A DNA stretch of 64,000 nucleotides from Bacillota bacterium (lineage in GTDB: Bacteria; Bacillota; UBA4882; UBA10575): the NCBI GenBank assembly GCA_029782135.1, contig JAKOVI010000133.1, forward strand, positions 10,176 through 74,175. Direction: 5' to 3'. Positions 26,038 to 36,201 of this stretch are shown here, piece by piece (the stretch's first letter is position 1; each line of letters opens with the position of its first letter). The notes beneath the pieces are model-generated. The model had not been told where the DNA came from, did not search any database, and was given only the letters and a program-made list of their open reading frames with translations. The translations under genes were made by a program, and so were the position numbers.

Positions 26038-27618
26038 TTATTGTCTTCTCAACATTTTCTGCAATAACTTCGTCTCTTCCATCCGCAAGGTGGCAGTGAG
26101 CAAGAGATAGCTGAAACCGCCCGCAACGACTCCGCCCATCACTTGGAAGAGATTGAACAAGTTTCGCGATAGCCCCAGCCCGATTAAAAAATGGTTCCAA
26201 ACCGGCATAAAGCTCCGGATGATCAGCCCCATCCCGAGGGCGGCCAGAAGGGATTGGCAGCTGGTTTTAATGATCTTTCTCCCCTGGATGCCTCCGACTT
26301 TCCGCCGTAAGAGAAAAAGGGAGAGCAACATATTGGCAACGCCCATTAAAGAAAAGGAGAGGGCAAGCCCGCCATGTTGTAAATTGGTGAATTTTAAAAA
26401 GATAAAATTAAGGAAGATACTCAATAAAACGGTGACACTCGTCACCTTGACCGGTGTAATCGTATCCTTCAAGGCATAAAACCCCCGGGGCAAAATCTGA
26501 ATCGCCCCGTGCGCGAAAAGACCTAAACTGTAAAAAAACAGGGCATAAGCGGTTAACTCTGTTTGCGCCGGCGTGAATTCCCCCCGCTCGAAAAGCAACC
26601 GGATAATCTCCCGGCGCATGGTGATAAAACCAATGGCGGAGGGGATTGTGATAAAAAGGATCGCTCTGATCCCCAGCGCCAGACTCTCTTTAAACTCCTC
26701 CCATTTACCAACGGCAGTTAGCTGCGAAAGCGTCGGGAAGAAAGCGGTTGAAACCGCCATCGCAAAGATCCCGAGCGGGAGAAGGACCAACCTTTGGGCC
26801 AAGCGGAGATAGGTAATGCTCCCCTCCGGTAAAGCGGAAGCCATATTTGTCGTAATCCAGATGTTCAACTGCGTGGCGGAGAGCCCCACCAAAGCCGGGA
26901 TCATTAAGACGACGATCCGCTTTAAGCCGGGATGCTTGAGATCAAGATACGAAAGGTTATACCCTTTGGCGATCTTAAAGACAAAAGTCGCTTGTGTAAG
27001 GAAGTTGACGAGGGCGCCGCCAACCACCCCAAAAGCCATGCCCTTAATCCCAAACCGCGGTCCCAAAAACCATGCCCCAAAGATGATTCCGATATTATAG
27101 AGGACCGGACCAAGGACCGGAATGAAAAAGCGTTGGTACGAGTTGAGAACGCCGCCCATCAACCCGGCAAGCGCGGTAAAAAAGACTGCCGGAAACATCA
27201 TTCTCGTCAGTTCTACGAGTAATTCCAGTTTTCCTTCTTTCATGCTGTATGCCTGTAACGGCGCCAACTGACGGGCAAAAATGATACCCAACAGCGAAAA
27301 AACAGCCAGTAAAATAATGGTCAGGTTGATAAAAGTACTGGCCATCTTCCAGCCTTCTTCTTCTTCTCCTTTGGCTAAATATTCGGAGAAAAGCGGGATA
27401 AAGGCGGCCGACAAAGCACCGCCGACCAATAAGTAATACATAAAATCAGGGATGATAAAGGCGGCATAAAAGGGGTCAGTCTCGGCGCGGGTGAAGAAGG
27501 TGGTGGTGATTACTTCCCGGACAAACCCCAGTAACCTGCTGAGCAGGATCATCGCGGAGATCATCCCGGCTGCCCTTGTTAATTGACCGGACGAAAAAGA
27601 TGGTGTTTTCAAGCGCAA
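26038..27618 (-). CDS. murJ: Lipid II flippase MurJ (MviN)
   Basis: 526 aa and polytopic. AAGMISAMILLSRLLGFVREVI...FYAAFIIPDFMYYLLVGGALSAAFIPLFSEY are MurJ hallmarks. Confidence 0.88.
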   Translation of the reverse strand: MRLKTPSFSSGQLTRAAGMISAMILLSRLLGFVREVITTTFFTRAETDPFYAAFIIPDFMYYLLVGGALSAAFIPLFSEYLAKGEEEEGWKMASTFINLTIILLAVFSLLGIIFARQLAPLQAYSMKEGKLELLVELTRMMFPAVFFTALAGLMGGVLNSYQRFFIPVLGPVLYNIGIIFGAWFLGPRFGIKGMAFGVVGGALVNFLTQATFVFKIAKGYNLSYLDLKHPGLKRIVVLMIPALVGLSATQLNIWITTNMASALPEGSITYLRLAQRLVLLPLGIFAMAVSTAFFPTLSQLTAVGKWEEFKESLALGIRAILFITIPSAIGFITMRREIIRLLFERGEFTPAQTELTAYALFFYSLGLFAHGAIQILPRGFYALKDTITPVKVTSVTVLLSIFLNFIFLKFTNLQHGGLALSFSLMGVANMLLSLFLLRRKVGGIQGRKIIKTSCQSLLAALGMGLIIRSFMPVWNHFLIGLGLSRNLFNLFQVMGGVVAGGFSYLLLTATLRMEETKLLQKMLRRQ

Positions 27619-27724
27619 AACCCTTTCTCTCTCAATGTATTACGTCTTCTGAAGAATTTCCCCATCAAAGAGAGTACTCCTTCTCCAAAAAACATCGAAA
27701 AAACCCCGTATCCCTGGCTACAGG

Positions 27725-27988
27725 TTAGGGGTTGTTTCTCCGTTTCAAAAATGGTATTCCTTCGCTCAGGATCCGGCGGGCCAACTCAAGATCCATCTCC
27801 CACCGGGCCATAATCCCTTGCTCCCTTGGCTTTCCCCTTGGGCCGGAGGTAACCGGTTGGCCCTTCGGCCGGAGGAAGAAATGCAAGCCGAAGGTAGAGA
27901 AGAGCAAGGAAAGGATGATCAAGAGATTCAAACAGATGAAATTGGTAACCACCGCAGGAGGAACGCGCCGTCCTCTTTTCGCAGGCAA
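27725..27988 (-). CDS. Hypothetical single-TM protein
   Basis: TTG start with GGGGGGTG upstream and one TM segment (FICLNLLIILSLLFSTFGLHFF). No family recognised. Confidence 0.35.
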   Translation of the reverse strand: MPAKRGRRVPPAVVTNFICLNLLIILSLLFSTFGLHFFLRPKGQPVTSGPRGKPREQGIMARWEMDLELARRILSEGIPFLKRRNNP

Positions 27989-28047
27989 TTGAACACCCCC
28001 CTGTCTCTCTATTTTATGAAGAGCGGAGAGTGCTTAAGAACTGAAAG

Positions 28048-29010
28048 CTATTCCAGATAACGAAAAACTTCTTCCGCCGTCACGCCAGGGTGGAGGGCGA
28101 GATTGATCGCCCCGGCCAAGGCCCGGGAAAGATCCTGAATCAGCACATCGATCTCTTTAGGCGTGACAATCAAATCCCGGAAATAAGGGGAGAGCACTTG
28201 GTCAACCACTTCTTTGCGCAGGTTTTGCAGGGGTGTTCCCCCCAGACGGCTCGCCTGTTCGAGGGCATCCCGGATAATTGTTTTCGCTTCCACGACGGTC
28301 GGAACCCCAACCGCAATCACCGGTACCCCCAATGATTGGGCGGTCAGGCCGAGGCGCCGGTTACCCACCCCGGAACCCGGATTTATTCCGGTGTTCGCAA
28401 TCTGCACCGAGCTGCACATGCGGTCGGTATTACGGGAAGCGAGGGCATCAATCGCCAGGACAAATGATGGTTTAATTCTTTGGACAATCGCGGCAATGAT
28501 CTCCTGGGTCTCAATGCCGGTAATCCCCAGCACGCCGGGGGAGATCGCACAGACCGGCCGTAAGCCGCCGCGTTTCTCCGGAGGGGATGTCTGGTAAAGA
28601 TGCCTGGTCACCAGGATTTTTTCGACGACTTTCGGCCCGAGCGCGTCCGGAGTGGCATTCCAGTTTCCCAACCCGACAACCAGAGCTGTCGCTTCATCAT
28701 TAAAATTAAACCCGCGGATGTACCCTTGCAGTTCGGCGGCGATCACCTTTGCTACTTCTTCAAGATCATCTTTGTCACGCCCGCGCAAAGCTTGAGAGTC
28801 GATCGTGACGTAATAACCAGGTTGTTTCCCGAGCGCCTGGCCAGCTTCCGGCGTTTGAATAATCACCCGGGTGACTTGCGCGACCCCCATATCTTCGGAT
28901 TGCGTCTGCACCCCGGGGAGGGAAGCTCCTCTTTGCTCTGCTATGAATTGGTGAGCTTCAACCGCCAGATCGGTCCTAATCTCGCCCCAGGTTTGATCAA
29001 AAACCGACAT
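28048..29010 (-). CDS. gpr: Germination protease (GPR endopeptidase)
   Basis: IRTDLAVEAHQF...GYYVTIDS...VVGLGNWNATPDALGPKVV...ISPGVLGITGIET are GPR family motifs. Confidence 0.9.
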   Translation of the reverse strand: MSVFDQTWGEIRTDLAVEAHQFIAEQRGASLPGVQTQSEDMGVAQVTRVIIQTPEAGQALGKQPGYYVTIDSQALRGRDKDDLEEVAKVIAAELQGYIRGFNFNDEATALVVGLGNWNATPDALGPKVVEKILVTRHLYQTSPPEKRGGLRPVCAISPGVLGITGIETQEIIAAIVQRIKPSFVLAIDALASRNTDRMCSSVQIANTGINPGSGVGNRRLGLTAQSLGVPVIAVGVPTVVEAKTIIRDALEQASRLGGTPLQNLRKEVVDQVLSPYFRDLIVTPKEIDVLIQDLSRALAGAINLALHPGVTAEEVFRYLE

Positions 29011-29107
29011 TAACCCGCCGGCCTCCTTTTTTCAGCTTTTTCACGCCTTCCAACTCTCGGAAGGTTAGTCGATCCCTTGCCGGGGATTTGCGATGATGAC
29101 CGGCTTT

Positions 29108-29437
29108 TTACCTTAGCTCGGTTGGGACAACCGCGTCAATGATCCCAATCACCGCAGAGGCAATTAACGCCCCGAGAATGGAAACTTCAACCGAGGGGAC
29201 GATAAACTGGGTAAGATAAATGACCACGGCGGCGGTCAGGAACCCCACTAATCCTCTTCCCTGCGGCGAGACGTTACGGCCAAAAAGGCTTTCCGCAATG
29301 TATCCCAAGATCGCAATCACAATTGCCGCCAGGAGCGCTCCCATAAAACCGCCAACCCGGAAGCCCGGAACAAGAAAACCGACGAGCATTAAGACTAAAG
29401 CAGAGACGATAAAACGGACAACTGCCCCAATCATCAA
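29108..29437 (-). CDS. Small 4-TM membrane protein (PGF-x-V-x-GF motif, reminiscent of phage-holin-4/DUF360 proteins)
   Basis: 109 aa with LVPGFRVGGFMGALLAAIVIAIL. The family assignment is tentative. Confidence 0.5.
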   Translation of the reverse strand: MMIGAVVRFIVSALVLMLVGFLVPGFRVGGFMGALLAAIVIAILGYIAESLFGRNVSPQGRGLVGFLTAAVVIYLTQFIVPSVEVSILGALIASAVIGIIDAVVPTELR

Positions 29438-29630
29438 ACTACCTCCTCTTTATTTCTTACCCTTATCCTCCCCCAGGCTTAGCTAAATTATGCCTCACCT
29501 GATCCAGAATCAAAGCACGGGCACGCCCACCGCATTATTTTTGCCGGTTTTACGGCGATTGTCCTTTGTTAAGATCTGGTTACCAAGGGCAGCACAGGCG
29601 GGGAGGAGCACGCTTGGCCGCGAAAAAGAC

Positions 29631-29659
29631 TTGCAAAGGGTAGGGAAAGGAGGTAAAAT
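29631..29659 (+). promoter_or_regulatory. Sigma-A promoter of rpsT
   Basis: TTGCAA, a 17-nt spacer, then TAAAAT. Confidence 0.65.
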
Positions 29660-29695
29660 ATAATAAGTCATTCGAAGAGTTGGAGGTGAGACCCG

Positions 29696-29968
29696 TTGCC
29701 AAACATCAAATCGGCCGAAAAAAGAGTCGCCATTTCTGAACTTCGCCGGGCCAGAAACCGCAGCCAGAGATCGGAACTGAAAACCATCATTAAGAAGACA
29801 GAAAGTGCGATCGCAAGCGATCCCGAAAAAGCCAGGGATTTGATCACTCTCAGCATCAAAAAGTTGGATAAAGCCGTCACGAAAGGGTTAATTCATAAAA
29901 ACGCGGCCGCTCGGAAAAAAAGCCGCTTAATGCGCAGATTAAACAGTCAATCCGCCGTTAATGGTTAA
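29696..29968 (+). CDS. rpsT: 30S ribosomal protein S20
   Basis: MPNIKSAEKRVAISELRRARNRS... TTG start with GGAGGTGA upstream. Confidence 0.93.
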   Translation: MPNIKSAEKRVAISELRRARNRSQRSELKTIIKKTESAIASDPEKARDLITLSIKKLDKAVTKGLIHKNAAARKKSRLMRRLNSQSAVNG

Positions 29969-29990
29969 TAAGCGTTTCAGACCCTGACCT

Positions 29991-31037
29991 TCACCCGCCC
30001 CGCGGGTGATTTTGTTTTATCCCCCTTCTCCCGGGGGAAAAGACGGTGCAGAGGTCCAACAAGGCCATTTCGAGCTCCAGTCGTGCCTCCCCGCCGGTTT
30101 TAAGCCGGGCGTCGGCCTCAAGAATGCGCCGGTGGGCTTGGCGCAACTGTTGGTAATCAACAGTTTTCACCCGCTGGCTAAGTTTTTCCGCGACAAAGGA
30201 ATGGCATCCCAACTCTGTTTGCAGACTGCCGCCACGTCCCCGTTGGACCAGATCCCAGGCCATCAGGAGACGGCGGACCTCTCCCCCCAGCATCCCCAGT
30301 ATCTTCAGCGGGGGCTCTCCTGCCTCCAACATCAGGATCAACTGCTTAAGCGCTCTTTCCGTTTGCCCCTCAAAAATTCCGTCCGTCAACGCAAAAACAT
30401 TAATCGCCGAGGCTTCGCCCAACAATGAAGTCCATTCTTCCCTGGTAACCACTCTTTGCTCCCCGCCCAGGAAGGTCCGGAGCTTGACTAGTTCATTATA
30501 TAAATTCCCTAAGGAGACACCTTTCACTTCTAAAAGCTGATTAATCTGGTCGGTGGAAAGGCGGAGTTTCAGTTTCTGGGCCTCCTGCTGCACCCACTTT
30601 CTCGCCTCGTAGACCTTCAAAACCGGACATTCACAGAGTTCAACCAGGGCGGTCAGTTCTTTCGTAAACTTTTTCCGCCGGTCAAGCTGACGGGCGGTAA
30701 GGACGACGTATACTCCGTTTGCCGGGTGAGCGAGGAGGCGGAGAAAGACGCTTTCCAGATTCGCTTTCACCTCTTCCACGCCCCTCAGGATCACCAGGCG
30801 GTTGGTGCTGAAAAATGGCGGGTTACTCAGCCATTCTGTTAAATTTACCGGTTCCACGCTTTTTAACTCTTGATCCAGACAATTATATTCTTCATCTTCC
30901 GCGGTAAAAAGCAGACGCTTGAGGGCAGCGATCCCGGCCTGAACCCAGTATTCTTCCTCACCGAGGAATAAAACCGGCCGCCGCAGGCTTTTTACTCCAT
31001 ACTGCTCTAAACTCCGGATCAATTCGTCGGCCCTCAT
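29991..31037 (-). CDS. holA: DNA polymerase III delta subunit
   Basis: 348 aa in the conserved comEC-holA position. The N-terminus has PVLFLGEEEYW. The start overlaps the comEC stop (ATGA). Confidence 0.82.
   Translation of the reverse strand: MRADELIRSLEQYGVKSLRRPVLFLGEEEYWVQAGIAALKRLLFTAEDEEYNCLDQELKSVEPVNLTEWLSNPPFFSTNRLVILRGVEEVKANLESVFLRLLAHPANGVYVVLTARQLDRRKKFTKELTALVELCECPVLKVYEARKWVQQEAQKLKLRLSTDQINQLLEVKGVSLGNLYNELVKLRTFLGGEQRVVTREEWTSLLGEASAINVFALTDGIFEGQTERALKQLILMLEAGEPPLKILGMLGGEVRRLLMAWDLVQRGRGGSLQTELGCHSFVAEKLSQRVKTVDYQQLRQAHRRILEADARLKTGGEARLELEMALLDLCTVFSPGRRGIKQNHPRGG
29992..30019 (+). terminator. rpsT terminator (lies inside the convergent holA 3' end)
   Basis: CACCCGC-ccc-GCGGGTG followed by ATTTTGTTTTA. 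Confidence 0.7.
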
Positions 31038-33382
31038 TCTTTGTTAACCTCTCTTTCCACGATAATCTTGCTGTAACGGCCCAGACGGCTGTTTTTCAGA
31101 TAAACGGTTAAGCGCCCGTCCTGATCGGTCCGGTAAACCGCCGTCCCCCGGGCGGCAAGCCGGGATAAGATTTCGGGCGAGGGGTGCCCGAACTGGTTTC
31201 CGGCGCCCACACTGATCACCGCAATCTCCGGCGCCACCAGTTCCAGCCAATCCTCTCCCGTACTGGTATCACTCCCATGATGGGCGACTTTCAAGAGATT
31301 GGCCCGGAGCGCTTCGCCATAAGATTTAACCATCACTGCTTCGCCCGCCCTTTCTGTATCGCCGGTCAAGAGGAGGCGGATACCGCCAAACCGTAACAAG
31401 AAGACGAGTGAGTTATTGTTGAGCGCCGAATCCACCCCTTGGAGATAACCGGAGGGCGGATGGAGCACCACCCCGTCCACCGGTCCCAGGCGTAAGGTCG
31501 TTCCTGCTACTCCTTCCAGGAGGGGGATCTCCCGTTCCAGCAACAACTCAAGAAATCTCCGGTAAAGATTGGTCGTATGCGCTATCCCGCTGGTTAACAC
31601 TTGCTCCACCTGGATCTGTCGGTCCTCCAAAAGACGGACCACCCCGCCCAGGTGATCTTCATGGGGGTGGGTGACAACCACCAGATCGAGGCGGCGGATT
31701 CCCTGTTCCAACAGGTATGGTTTGATCTCTTCCGTATACCCCCGGGCTTCTCCCCCGTCAACGAGGAAGTGGTAACCCCCGGGCACCGAGATTAAAACCG
31801 CATCCCCTTGTCCGACATCAAAAAAGACCACCCTGACCCGGGGCTGCACGGTATCAACCAGGAAATACCCGGTGACCAGCAGGGCGATAAGGCAGAGGAT
31901 GAGAAAGTGATAAAAGAGCGGGATTCTTCTTCTTTTATTAATCGGATTAACCTCCATTCCCCAAGTTAGGATTCCAATAATCAGATAAACCGCCCCTACC
32001 GTCAGCCACGGCCAGGGGGGCAGGGTGAGATAACCCGGCCAGTGGTCAAAGAGGGCGACCAGCTTCATGAAGAACTGGATGAGTAGATTGTTGCCGGCAT
32101 TCAACAAGACGGCGGCCGGCAGGTAAACCGTCCCCAGCAAAGCAGCGAGGAGACCAATTTGGACGGCAAAACCTCCGAGCGGGACGAGGATTAGATTGCT
32201 CAGGGGAGCAAGGAGCGAAAAGCCGCCAAACCATCTCACCGTTAAGGGAAAGACCATTAACTGCGCCGCGCAAGAAAACAAGAGGGGTTTGAGGAGAGAG
32301 GAGAACGGCGAGCGCGCGACCGCCTGTTCCCACCGCGGATAGAGCAAGATCACCCCGGCGCAGGCGGCAAATGAAAGCCAAAAACCCGGGGCAAAGATCT
32401 CCAGCGGACGGAGGAGCATAATCCCCCCGGCGGCCGCGGCCAAACGCTGAGACGGCCCGGCCGGACGCCGGACCAACTCTCCGCCCAGGGCAAAGAGGGC
32501 CATGATCCCCGCCCTTACCGCGGGCGCTCCGGCGCCGGCCATCATTATAAAAAGGCTGATCACCGGCACAGCCAGGACGGCGAGGAGCCGGTCCGGGAGG
32601 TGGAAAAGTTTGCCGATCCCCCAAAATAAACCAAGCCAGAACAAGAGATGCAAACCGCTCACGGAGAGGAGGTGGGCAATTCCCGCCCGTTCAAAAGAGG
32701 AGGCCGGCAAGTCGTCCGCGCGGATCCCCAATAACATCCCGTGTAAAACAGCTGCTGCCTCCGGAGAGAGCGTCTTTTCGCCCACTGCCAGTAACTCCTG
32801 GCGTAACCGGTAGGCGAACCGCCAAACAGGATTAACCTTTCCCGTCCCGCAGAGCCGGGGCATCCCGTACACAAAAAAACCGCCCGTAATCCTTTCCCTG
32901 GTCCAGGCCGTAACCTGTTTGGTGGGGGTACCAAAAACCCGCCCGGTTAGTTCCAACCGTTGACCATAATCGTACGTTTGCGGTGTGTCAAGAAAAATTT
33001 CCCACCGGGGAAGGGGATGAAGCGTTAATGCTTCTCCGTTGAGTTCTTCAACCCGTAAGGTAAAACGCGAGCCGTTCCGCCAGGGGGAGGGCGGCTTCGT
33101 CACCGTCCCGGCCACCCTGAGGAGCGGCACTTGATACTGTTTGAGCAGCGCCCAGCCTTGGCTGTTGATCCGCGCTTCCCGTGCCCCGGAAAAGAGGCCT
33201 AGTGTAAAACAGAGGAGCATTCCAATTAACTTCGGCGTATGGCGCGGCCGCCACCGAAGAGGAAAACCAGAAAAAACAAGTAGAAAAAGGCCGATTAAGG
33301 GGAGCCAGGGCGCCGCATACCAACCGGTGATGACCCCGCCACCGAGGAACAGGGAAAAGAAGAAGAGGGGTGGCGGTGTCAT
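31034..33382 (-). CDS. comEC: DNA internalization competence protein ComEC/Rec2
   Basis: 782 aa with a polytopic competence domain and a C-terminal metallo-beta-lactamase domain (VVTHPHEDHLGG). Confidence 0.9.
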   Translation of the reverse strand: MTPPPLFFFSLFLGGGVITGWYAAPWLPLIGLFLLVFSGFPLRWRPRHTPKLIGMLLCFTLGLFSGAREARINSQGWALLKQYQVPLLRVAGTVTKPPSPWRNGSRFTLRVEELNGEALTLHPLPRWEIFLDTPQTYDYGQRLELTGRVFGTPTKQVTAWTRERITGGFFVYGMPRLCGTGKVNPVWRFAYRLRQELLAVGEKTLSPEAAAVLHGMLLGIRADDLPASSFERAGIAHLLSVSGLHLLFWLGLFWGIGKLFHLPDRLLAVLAVPVISLFIMMAGAGAPAVRAGIMALFALGGELVRRPAGPSQRLAAAAGGIMLLRPLEIFAPGFWLSFAACAGVILLYPRWEQAVARSPFSSLLKPLLFSCAAQLMVFPLTVRWFGGFSLLAPLSNLILVPLGGFAVQIGLLAALLGTVYLPAAVLLNAGNNLLIQFFMKLVALFDHWPGYLTLPPWPWLTVGAVYLIIGILTWGMEVNPINKRRRIPLFYHFLILCLIALLVTGYFLVDTVQPRVRVVFFDVGQGDAVLISVPGGYHFLVDGGEARGYTEEIKPYLLEQGIRRLDLVVVTHPHEDHLGGVVRLLEDRQIQVEQVLTSGIAHTTNLYRRFLELLLEREIPLLEGVAGTTLRLGPVDGVVLHPPSGYLQGVDSALNNNSLVFLLRFGGIRLLLTGDTERAGEAVMVKSYGEALRANLLKVAHHGSDTSTGEDWLELVAPEIAVISVGAGNQFGHPSPEILSRLAARGTAVYRTDQDGRLTVYLKNSRLGRYSKIIVEREVNKE

Positions 33383-33921
33383 GGATTGATCGTGATGTAT
33401 GGTTTGATCTTGGCAAGCGTTTTTTCCCCGATTCCTTTGATCGCGAGTAATTCTTCAACCCGTTCAAATTTTTTAACCTGCTCCCGGTATTCAATGATCC
33501 GGGAAGCCAAAACCGGGCCAATTCCGGGAATTGTCTGCAACTCCTCACTGGTTGCGGTATTGAGATCAATTAAGGCAACCATGGCCTCACCCTGGGCGGT
33601 CTCCGTGTTTACCGGCTCGAGGCCTCCTTCCGCCGGATCGGCAGTGGCCGGTTTCGCGCCCTGACCGGAGGCGGCGAAGACCTCTACTCCGCCACGGTTT
33701 TGCCCGGCAATGTTGCTTCCCTGTGGAAGCTGAGCCTTCGTTTGAGAATCCGGCGCCGGTCCCGGCCAGGCCGATTGGACCGGTGAAACCAGATGGATGG
33801 TCACCGGCCCTTGCTGCCAGGAACGGTACCAAAGACTGCCGGCGCCAAGCAGAATCGCGATTAATAACAACAGCAGGACTTGACGTTGTTGCTTGGAGAG
33901 TTCTTTCAGCATCATCTCCAC
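33379..33921 (-). CDS. comEA: ComEA-family DNA-binding protein (helix-hairpin-helix)
   Basis: N-terminal TM segment. The C-terminus LIDLNTATSEELQTIPGIGPVLASRIIEYRE...IKGIGEKTLAKIKPY carries HhH motifs. Confidence 0.85.
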   Translation of the reverse strand: MEMMLKELSKQQRQVLLLLLIAILLGAGSLWYRSWQQGPVTIHLVSPVQSAWPGPAPDSQTKAQLPQGSNIAGQNRGGVEVFAASGQGAKPATADPAEGGLEPVNTETAQGEAMVALIDLNTATSEELQTIPGIGPVLASRIIEYREQVKKFERVEELLAIKGIGEKTLAKIKPYITINP

Positions 33922-33985
33922 CCCCTAACGACCAGCCCGCACCGGGGCTTCTCTCTGTATAGCCATGTCGTAGGTTGCCGCTTCC

Positions 33986-35731
33986 TTAGCGTCCGCTTTT
34001 ACTCGCGCGGACAGAGGCGGCCAGTAACAACATCTCCTGAGCATGTTCCCGGGTGGTCGCGGTAACCTCCGCTCCACCCAGCATCCGGGCCAACTCTTCC
34101 ACCCGTTCCTGCTCCTCCAAGGCCCGGACTTCGACGATCGTCCGGTCGGCCACCGTTTTTTTCTCAATATAGTAATGCCGGTCAGCCATGCTGGCAATCT
34201 GCGGCAAATGGGTGACACAGATTACTTGGTGGGAAAGGCCCAATAAAAGCAGTTTCTCCGCGACCGCCTGCGCCGTACGCCCGCCAATCCCGGTGTCGAT
34301 CTCGTCAAAGACCATCGTCGGGATCTGGTCTTCTTCCGCCATAATCACTTTCAAGACCAACATCAAGCGGGAAAGCTCGCCACCGGATGCAATCTTCGCC
34401 AACGGGCGCAGACCCTCGCCGGGATTGGGCGCCACCAAAAACTGGATCTGATCAATCCCGTCTTTGGTGACGGCAACTTTTTCCCCGTTCACCGGGATCC
34501 CGTTCGCTTGATCCGGCGTCCGGCTAAATTCGACCTGAAAGACGGTCTTCGCCATATTGACCTCGGCTAATTCCTTGCTGACGGTACTTTCCAGTTTCCG
34601 GGCGGTTGCCTTCCGCAGCACGGATAAGGCCAGTACCGCCTGGGTCAACTCTTCTTCCAGGGCACGGAGTTTTTTCGTCAGGGTCTCTCTGCGGGCAGTC
34701 TGGTCTTCGATCGCCGCCAGTTCTTCCCGGATTTTTGCCGCATACCGGAGAATCTCGGGAATTCCCTGTCCATATTTTCTTTTCAGTTTCGTGATCTCAT
34801 CCAACCGTTCTTCAATCCGGGCTAATGCCTCCGGGTTAAACTCAATCCGGTCACGGTAAGTCCGGACCTCTCTGGCGACTTCTTCAAGCTGGCAGGCCGC
34901 CTGCTGCATCGTTTCCACCAAAGGTTGCAGGGTCGCATCGACCTCGGCGGCTTTCGCCAGCGCCTGGATTCCTTCTCCCAGCTTGTCCAGGGCGGATCCC
35001 GACTCCTCGGTTCCGTACAATTGCTGATAGGTTAGTGAAGCACTTTCGTACAATTTTTCGGCGGCGGCCAGAATCGTCCGCTCCCGCGTCAGGTTCTCTT
35101 CCTCGCCCGGTTGTAACCTGGCGTTCTCGATCTCCTGGAGCTGAAAGCTGATAAACTCAATCCGCCGGTTTTTCTCCTCCTCACTCATCTCCAGCGCCGC
35201 CAAATCATCCTTCACCGCCTGCCACTGCTGGTAGAGCGCGGCTACTTCCTCCGCTTTCCGGGCTAAAGTTTCGCCCCCGAAGGAATCAAGGATCTGGCGC
35301 TGTGCCACTGTAGAGAGAAGGGATTGGTGTTCATGCTGCCCGTGAATATCCATGAGCAAACGGCCGATCCGGCTTAAGGTCAAGAGGGTCACTGTCTGCC
35401 CGTTCACCCGGCAGCGGCTGCGACCGCTCTGGTGGATCTCACGGTGAATAACTAGCAGTCGATCCTCGGCAAAGGGAATCGCCCACTCTTCCAGGAGGCG
35501 GAGGAGATCCGGACTGCCGTCCACCTCAAAAACCCCTTCGATCTGGGCTGCCTCTGCGCCGGCCCGTACTTGTTCCACCGAAGAACGCCCTCCGAGCAAC
35601 AGGCTGACGGAATCAATGATAATTGACTTGCCCGCGCCGGTCTCACCGGTCAAAATATTAAAGCCCCGTCCGAACTCTAAGCGCAGACGGTCGATGAGGG
35701 CGAAATTCTCGATGAAAAGCTCCCGCAGCAT
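33986..35731 (-). CDS. recN: DNA repair protein RecN
   Basis: MLRELFIENFALIDRLRLEFGRGFNILTGETGAGKSIIIDS..., 581 aa, SMC-like. Confidence 0.93.
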   Translation of the reverse strand: MLRELFIENFALIDRLRLEFGRGFNILTGETGAGKSIIIDSVSLLLGGRSSVEQVRAGAEAAQIEGVFEVDGSPDLLRLLEEWAIPFAEDRLLVIHREIHQSGRSRCRVNGQTVTLLTLSRIGRLLMDIHGQHEHQSLLSTVAQRQILDSFGGETLARKAEEVAALYQQWQAVKDDLAALEMSEEEKNRRIEFISFQLQEIENARLQPGEEENLTRERTILAAAEKLYESASLTYQQLYGTEESGSALDKLGEGIQALAKAAEVDATLQPLVETMQQAACQLEEVAREVRTYRDRIEFNPEALARIEERLDEITKLKRKYGQGIPEILRYAAKIREELAAIEDQTARRETLTKKLRALEEELTQAVLALSVLRKATARKLESTVSKELAEVNMAKTVFQVEFSRTPDQANGIPVNGEKVAVTKDGIDQIQFLVAPNPGEGLRPLAKIASGGELSRLMLVLKVIMAEEDQIPTMVFDEIDTGIGGRTAQAVAEKLLLLGLSHQVICVTHLPQIASMADRHYYIEKKTVADRTIVEVRALEEQERVEELARMLGGAEVTATTREHAQEMLLLAASVRASKSGR

Positions 35732-35735
35732 CGTT

Positions 35736-36188
35736 TTACCTCCTCAATTTATAAAGCCGGGCTAAGACCTCTTCCACTTGGTCTTTCTTTCTGACAATCA
35801 CCAAGATCGAATCATCCCCGGCAATTGTCCCCAACACCTCTTGCCATTCCAAGTCATCCAAAGCAGCCGCCACGCCTTGAGCCGTCCCATTCGTTGTCTT
35901 GATAATAATCAGATTCTCGCTGTAATCGATCCCGATGACGGCATGTTCAAACATACGCTCCGCCCGTTTCATGAGATCGGAAAAACTCCGGTCGGTCGGC
36001 ATTGAATAGCGGTATTTCCCGTCCGGCGTCGGGACCTTAATTAAACCCAGTTCCTTAATATCACGGGAGAGAGTAGCTTGCGTGACGCCCACCCCCTCCT
36101 TTTTGAGGGCTTCGCCAAGTTCCTCCTGCGTTTCAATGCTCTTTTCCTTAATTATGTTTAAGATTAAGGCCTGCCGTCTTGCTTTCAC
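35736..36188 (-). CDS. argR: Arginine repressor
   Basis: KARRQALILNIIKEKSIETQEELGEALKKEGVGVTQATLSRDIKELGL. A GTG at 36188 gives 150 aa, the typical ArgR length. The ORF-track start at 36242 overlaps nadK. Confidence 0.9.
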   Translation of the reverse strand: MKARRQALILNIIKEKSIETQEELGEALKKEGVGVTQATLSRDIKELGLIKVPTPDGKYRYSMPTDRSFSDLMKRAERMFEHAVIGIDYSENLIIIKTTNGTAQGVAAALDDLEWQEVLGTIAGDDSILVIVRKKDQVEEVLARLYKLRR

Positions 36189-36201
36189 TGGATCACCCCG
36201 C